The position numbers were made by a program, and so were the translations under genes. Under the pieces are notes generated by a model. That model was given only the letters and a program-made list of their open reading frames with translations, was not told the DNA's origin and did not search any database. Below are positions 59,788 through 64,000 of a DNA stretch of 64,000 nucleotides, piece after piece; the stretch's first letter is position 1; each line of letters starts with the position of its first letter. The stretch lies in the IMG/VR virus record IMGVR_UViG_3300019360_000001; one strand, written 5' to 3'. The stretch is from a virus.

Positions 59788-60420
59788 ATGGAAAATCTTT
59801 GTAAATGTTGTAATAAAATAGTAGTTGTAAATATTAGTAAATTAAAAAACTACTGTGGCATTAATTGCTATAAAAGATTTAGAAGAAGTATTGATAAAAT
59901 AGAGGAAAAAATAAAATGTATTATTTGTGGCAATGAATGTATTAAAATACAGTCAAATCACAAGTATTGTTCAAGAAAATGTTTTAATGTTACAAGAAGA
60001 AAACGTCGAATAGAATATTCTAAGGTTTGTAAACTATGCAATAAAAATTTTATATGCAAAAGAAGTACCGCTAATTTTTGCAGTGCTATTTGTTCAAGAA
60101 AAGTTTATTATAGAAATAAACCAGATTTACTTAAAGCAACTAGGAAAAGATCATCTTATAATTTAAAAGAAAAACTTTTTAATATGTATGGTAGATATTG
60201 TTATTGTTGTGGCCAATCAGAGCCCGGATTTTTAACATTGGACCATGTAAAAAATGACGGATATAAAGATAGAAAAACAGAGGGATTGAGTAGTCATGCT
60301 ATTTACAGGAAAGCAATAAAGCATTATCGTCCAGATATTTATTGTATTTTATGTTATAATTGTAATCTTGCCAAGGCACATCTTGGAATATGCCCTCATA
60401 CTACTAAAGGAGATTTATGA
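59788..60420 (+). CDS. Zn-finger repeat HNH endonuclease
   Basis: Three CxxC..(Y/F)CxxxC fingers; CYCCG..FLTLDHVKNDG...LCYNCN. Confidence 0.85.
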   Translation: MENLCKCCNKIVVVNISKLKNYCGINCYKRFRRSIDKIEEKIKCIICGNECIKIQSNHKYCSRKCFNVTRRKRRIEYSKVCKLCNKNFICKRSTANFCSAICSRKVYYRNKPDLLKATRKRSSYNLKEKLFNMYGRYCYCCGQSEPGFLTLDHVKNDGYKDRKTEGLSSHAIYRKAIKHYRPDIYCILCYNCNLAKAHLGICPHTTKGDL

Positions 60421-61001
60421 CGCCTCCAGTATTTGTATTTCATGCCTTTGATCCTTCGGGTATCAATCCTAGCGGTTTTCGCCATCTAACAACTCATCCT
60501 TCTTTTATTAAAGTGTTGTCAACGGCACAAGGTCAATTTCTTGATTTTGGCACAAAAAATATTAAAGACGGCAAACAAACATCTGATACAAAAACAGTTG
60601 TTGGATTTTTTACTCAGTTTAATAGCGCAACAGAGGCTTTATTTAATTTGAGGTTTTGGATTTCTAATTTTGATGACTGGCAAGCAGGAACTTTTTTCTT
60701 TAATGGCTTTCCCTCTGGAAGATGGATACAAGGAATTAAACTGAATGATGCATCCGGTTATTATGTGCCAACTGTTTTGCCTAGTGGACAAAATTGGTGG
60801 AGAGATGCTGGCGGACCATTCAATAGGAATGACATTGCTTTCCAAGAATTAACTGCCAGTGGAATAGAAGGAAGTGGTATACCAAGTCAAGTTACTTTTC
60901 CATTTTATTTAAGTGTTACAGTAGATACAGATGTGCCAGTTGGGGTATATGGCGGAAATAACGGAATCTGGATCTACCGCTGCACTTTTGACTTTAGATA
61001 A
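60417..61001 (+). CDS. putative tail-tip protein
   Basis: Position; beta-rich; seven SG dipeptides. Confidence 0.55.
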   Translation: MTPPVFVFHAFDPSGINPSGFRHLTTHPSFIKVLSTAQGQFLDFGTKNIKDGKQTSDTKTVVGFFTQFNSATEALFNLRFWISNFDDWQAGTFFFNGFPSGRWIQGIKLNDASGYYVPTVLPSGQNWWRDAGGPFNRNDIAFQELTASGIEGSGIPSQVTFPFYLSVTVDTDVPVGVYGGNNGIWIYRCTFDFR

Positions 61002-61026
61002 TGCCTTCGATTTTATAGGGAGTTTT

Positions 61027-61761
61027 ATGAAAAACTGCGAAATATGTAATGGACCTAATGTTCGTCGTCAATCAATATTTTGCTACGTAGAATGTTCAAA
61101 TAAAGCATATTATAATAAAAATAGACAGAACATGATAAATAGAGCGGCTAAATGGAATAGAGATAATAAAAATAAAAGAAAAAATAGAAATAGATATAAT
61201 GGCACATCCGTTTATAATGGTATCACTCAAAGATGTAATAACCCTAACGCTACAGTTTATAAATATTATGGTGCCAAGGGAATAAGGTGTCTTTTGACCA
61301 AAAATGAGTTTCAAGAAATATATTTCAATACAAATATTTGTAGTTTATGTTATTGTGAACTTTGCGATGATAATAGAAATACTCCAAATGGTAGGACTAT
61401 AGATAGAATAAACGTAAACGGCAACTATGAAAAATATAATGTTAGAATATTATGTCGTTCTTGTAATAGCAAATTATCCGGTAAAAAACTTACAATAGAA
61501 CAAAAGGAACATATAAAATCAGAATATAAATATAAAAGTGCTACAAACGGAATGATGGCACTAGCAAAAAAATATGATGTTACACCAACAACTATTTGTC
61601 AAGTTGTAAAAGATTGTCGTAAAAGTCTGATAACAAAAGAACAAGAAGACAAGATTATAGAGATGCATAAGTTTTGTGGAACAAGAAAAATAGCAAAAGA
61701 AATAGGTTGTTCTAGACAAACAGTGATAACTATAATAAAAAATATTGGCAAGAGTAGTTAA
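61027..61761 (+). CDS. HNH endonuclease with C-terminal HTH repeats
   Basis: YYGAKGI, TIDRINVNGNYEKYNVRILCRSCN, LAKKYDVTPTTI, IAKEIGCSRQTV. Confidence 0.85.
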   Translation: MKNCEICNGPNVRRQSIFCYVECSNKAYYNKNRQNMINRAAKWNRDNKNKRKNRNRYNGTSVYNGITQRCNNPNATVYKYYGAKGIRCLLTKNEFQEIYFNTNICSLCYCELCDDNRNTPNGRTIDRINVNGNYEKYNVRILCRSCNSKLSGKKLTIEQKEHIKSEYKYKSATNGMMALAKKYDVTPTTICQVVKDCRKSLITKEQEDKIIEMHKFCGTRKIAKEIGCSRQTVITIIKNIGKSS

Positions 61762-61766
61762 TATAA

Positions 61767-64000
61767 ATGAGATTTCTAGGTTTTCAGGGAATTGGATATT
61801 TGGGGCGACCTGCCGGCATAGGCAACCATCCTAAAAGATGGGCAAAATGGCCATATGCCGTATTGCAAGGTCCTTCTGGGCAATTGGTTCAGATATTGCC
61901 ACCGTCTGGAATTGCTGGTAAAATTCCAACCGCTGACCAAGTAGCCGCATTTCATTCTAATGAATGCACAATGAACCATTCATGTGTTGCTTGGAAACGT
62001 AGACACTTGGTTTTTGTTTGGTGTGATAGTAAAAACACCTCAAGTAGTATGAGATGCTATGCTTGGTCTCCTGAGCCACAAGAGGCAAGAAAAGTTAATC
62101 CGTCGGCAAACGTAAACGTAGACACAAATACAAACGTTAAAGATATAATAGTAGCAGACGGATTTCATTGGGAACTTTGGAACACATTTGCCAATATCAA
62201 AGACCATGCTGCATTGTTTGCCATTCATGATGGAATTTTATGGGTTAAAAGAGACAATGACACAAGAGATCATTGGGGAATATATAAAGGCAAAATTCCT
62301 TACAAACTAAGTACTGTCGGATATTTCTGGGCTTCAGCAGGCAATTATGGCAATCAAGGCGACCTAGAAGATGCAGGATGGTCTAGGTTACCGGAATGTG
62401 GAGCTAGTACTAGAAATATTCAAGACGGAGTAGACTTTTCTTCTCCTGGTTCTTATCCGGCAAATATTAGCCATAATTTATGTGAAATAGTAAAACATAA
62501 CGATACATTTTATGTAATAGGACAAGGATTTGTTAAAGGAATGACAATAGGCTGTAAAGGCAATTTTATTCATCATGACTATGGAATTGACAATAGAGTT
62601 GCCGTTGGTTCTTTAACTGGCTATGCGCAAAGAAAAACCAATGATGTGATAGGCGCTACCATGCGATCTGCATGTGTGCATAATGATAAAGTTTGGATGC
62701 TTACAAATGAAGGCAAAGTATATGAAATAAGACCAGGAGGACTTGTTGAGACAGCAGACTTAACTACTGTTGGGGCTCCTTGGGCCTCTGGAATAACAGG
62801 AGGGCAACTTGGAATAACGCCACCTGTTGGAGATTGGCAAGGCGCAACTGCTTTTAGGCCATTAATTAGAAGTTTTAATAATCAATTACATGCATTTCTA
62901 AACTTTAGAACATCTTATAAAATAGCTAGAGGAAAAGGAAACTTTAGCAGCAAAACACAGGGAGCAGGAATATGTTGGCTAACTTCTTTCGACGGCACAA
63001 ATTGGCATGATAGAAGCGAAATGTTGCCAACTAGCGGAATAATTACTCCAAGCGGAGGTAGGGTTCCAAAAGCAACTTGGTTGTCGCAAATAAACCCATA
63101 CATGCATTCTGCATTTACTAATACAAATTATCCTTCTGGATATGGACCAAAAGCCCCTAAGACAAACTTTCTAGGTCAAAGTGCTCCTATGTCTCAGGGT
63201 GCAGAAGCTAGGCCTTCTGGGTTAAAACAAATAACCTTATTGCCATTTTGGTCATCTGGCAATTTACTAGATGTAGAAGGGACAAAATTTAATCTATTAA
63301 AAACACCTCTTTCAAGAGGAGCTTTAAGCGGATGTTTATTTCCTACATTTATTGCTTATCCTTCTGGGTATGCATTCGTTAATCCACTTGGCGGAGATGC
63401 TTTAGGATTTTTGCCACAAGCATCTGGCGGTGTTTGGCGACCAATTAGAGGAGCCGGAAATAATGCCGGGGCTTCTGGCTGGGATTATACTGGATGTTCA
63501 AATTATCATATTGGAGGACTTACAGACAATGATACAGATGGGCAGCCTTTTTTAAGGTTATATTTTAGTAGAAATTTCGTTGGAACTACTCCCAATACAT
63601 CCAGCAAACAAATTCCTACTTTGTTTTATACATTAACAAAAGAATCTGGATTCTTGCAAGTAAACGAGGCTTGGAATGCTGGCCAATTGAATGGTGCATG
63701 TCCAGTTGAATTATACGACTATGAAGTAATTGTTCCATCTGGGGACATGTATAATCCTAATCCTAGAGTTGACACAATAAATAAACTTGCTAAATTGGAT
63801 TTTACTACTACAGATTGGTGGTTTTGGGAACCATGCAAAGTAAATATAGAATATTCAACAGATGGAGGATTAAGCTGGTTTAAAGCAAGTACAAGTGGAC
63901 AAGTTGTCAATCTTTCTACCGGAACATCTATCACAGATCCATCTGGAGTTGGTATAAGTGCTGCGCAAAATCATACAGTCTATTGGGAGTATGGCAAAGA
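61767..64000 (+). CDS. large tail-tip / receptor-binding protein, runs past the window end
   Basis: ATG 61767 (MRFLGFQGIG...); frame checked at several points up to the end; absent from ORF track because no stop is in the window. Confidence 0.7.
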   Translation, partial: MRFLGFQGIGYLGRPAGIGNHPKRWAKWPYAVLQGPSGQLVQILPPSGIAGKIPTADQVAAFHSNECTMNHSCVAWKRRHLVFVWCDSKNTSSSMRCYAWSPEPQEARKVNPSANVNVDTNTNVKDIIVADGFHWELWNTFANIKDHAALFAIHDGILWVKRDNDTRDHWGIYKGKIPYKLSTVGYFWASAGNYGNQGDLEDAGWSRLPECGASTRNIQDGVDFSSPGSYPANISHNLCEIVKHNDTFYVIGQGFVKGMTIGCKGNFIHHDYGIDNRVAVGSLTGYAQRKTNDVIGATMRSACVHNDKVWMLTNEGKVYEIRPGGLVETADLTTVGAPWASGITGGQLGITPPVGDWQGATAFRPLIRSFNNQLHAFLNFRTSYKIARGKGNFSSKTQGAGICWLTSFDGTNWHDRSEMLPTSGIITPSGGRVPKATWLSQINPYMHSAFTNTNYPSGYGPKAPKTNFLGQSAPMSQGAEARPSGLKQITLLPFWSSGNLLDVEGTKFNLLKTPLSRGALSGCLFPTFIAYPSGYAFVNPLGGDALGFLPQASGGVWRPIRGAGNNAGASGWDYTGCSNYHIGGLTDNDTDGQPFLRLYFSRNFVGTTPNTSSKQIPTLFYTLTKESGFLQVNEAWNAGQLNGACPVELYDYEVIVPSGDMYNPNPRVDTINKLAKLDFTTTDWWFWEPCKVNIEYSTDGGLSWFKASTSGQVVNLSTGTSITDPSGVGISAAQNHTVYWEYGK

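Noticed and set aside
61762-64000. Apparent 2.2-kb non-coding tail of the window
   Set aside because: It is an open plus-strand frame from 61767 with no stop inside the window.
1-64000. tRNA, rRNA or group I/II introns
   Set aside because: None recognised by eye; all large insertions are in-frame inteins. A covariance-model scan would be needed to exclude them.

Overview
A 64-kb segment of a large, AT-rich tailed dsDNA phage. It looks siphovirus-like: long tape measure, tail tube, and no sheath gene in the window. (1) 1-2,500: a visibly more GC-rich, minus-strand cluster of tiny ORFs. It carries four near-consensus sigma54 (-24/-12) promoters with IHF-like elements and ends at a junction with repeated AGTATCGTACTAAC motifs. 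(2) 2,680-4,100: five tandem small ORFs that all end in a [KN]G[ILV]Y[YF]xx-stop tail. (3) 4,600-27,000: nucleotide metabolism, modification and counter-defence genes. These are NADAR, PhoH, a BCS1-like AAA ATPase, ThyA, DHFR, Gmd, three DNA methyltransferases (one broken, one with two inteins), a macrodomain, an IS200/IS605 element inserted in a small gene, IMPDH/GMPR with an intein, class II RNR with three inteins, and an HNH-MazG fusion. (4) 27,600-64,000: phage sigma factor, ERCC4 nuclease, intein-containing terminase, portal, head genes, beta-helix and collagen appendages, neck, tail tube, duplicated chaperones, tape measure and tail-tip genes, interspersed with intact and decayed homing endonucleases. 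There are seven inteins in total. The most novel-looking signals are a strong (P/A)-S-G enrichment in predicted exposed virion proteins (candidate glycosylation sequon, with phage gmd), the shared C-terminal tag array, and the sigma54-driven micro-ORF region. All calls come from motif recognition by eye; no searches were run.
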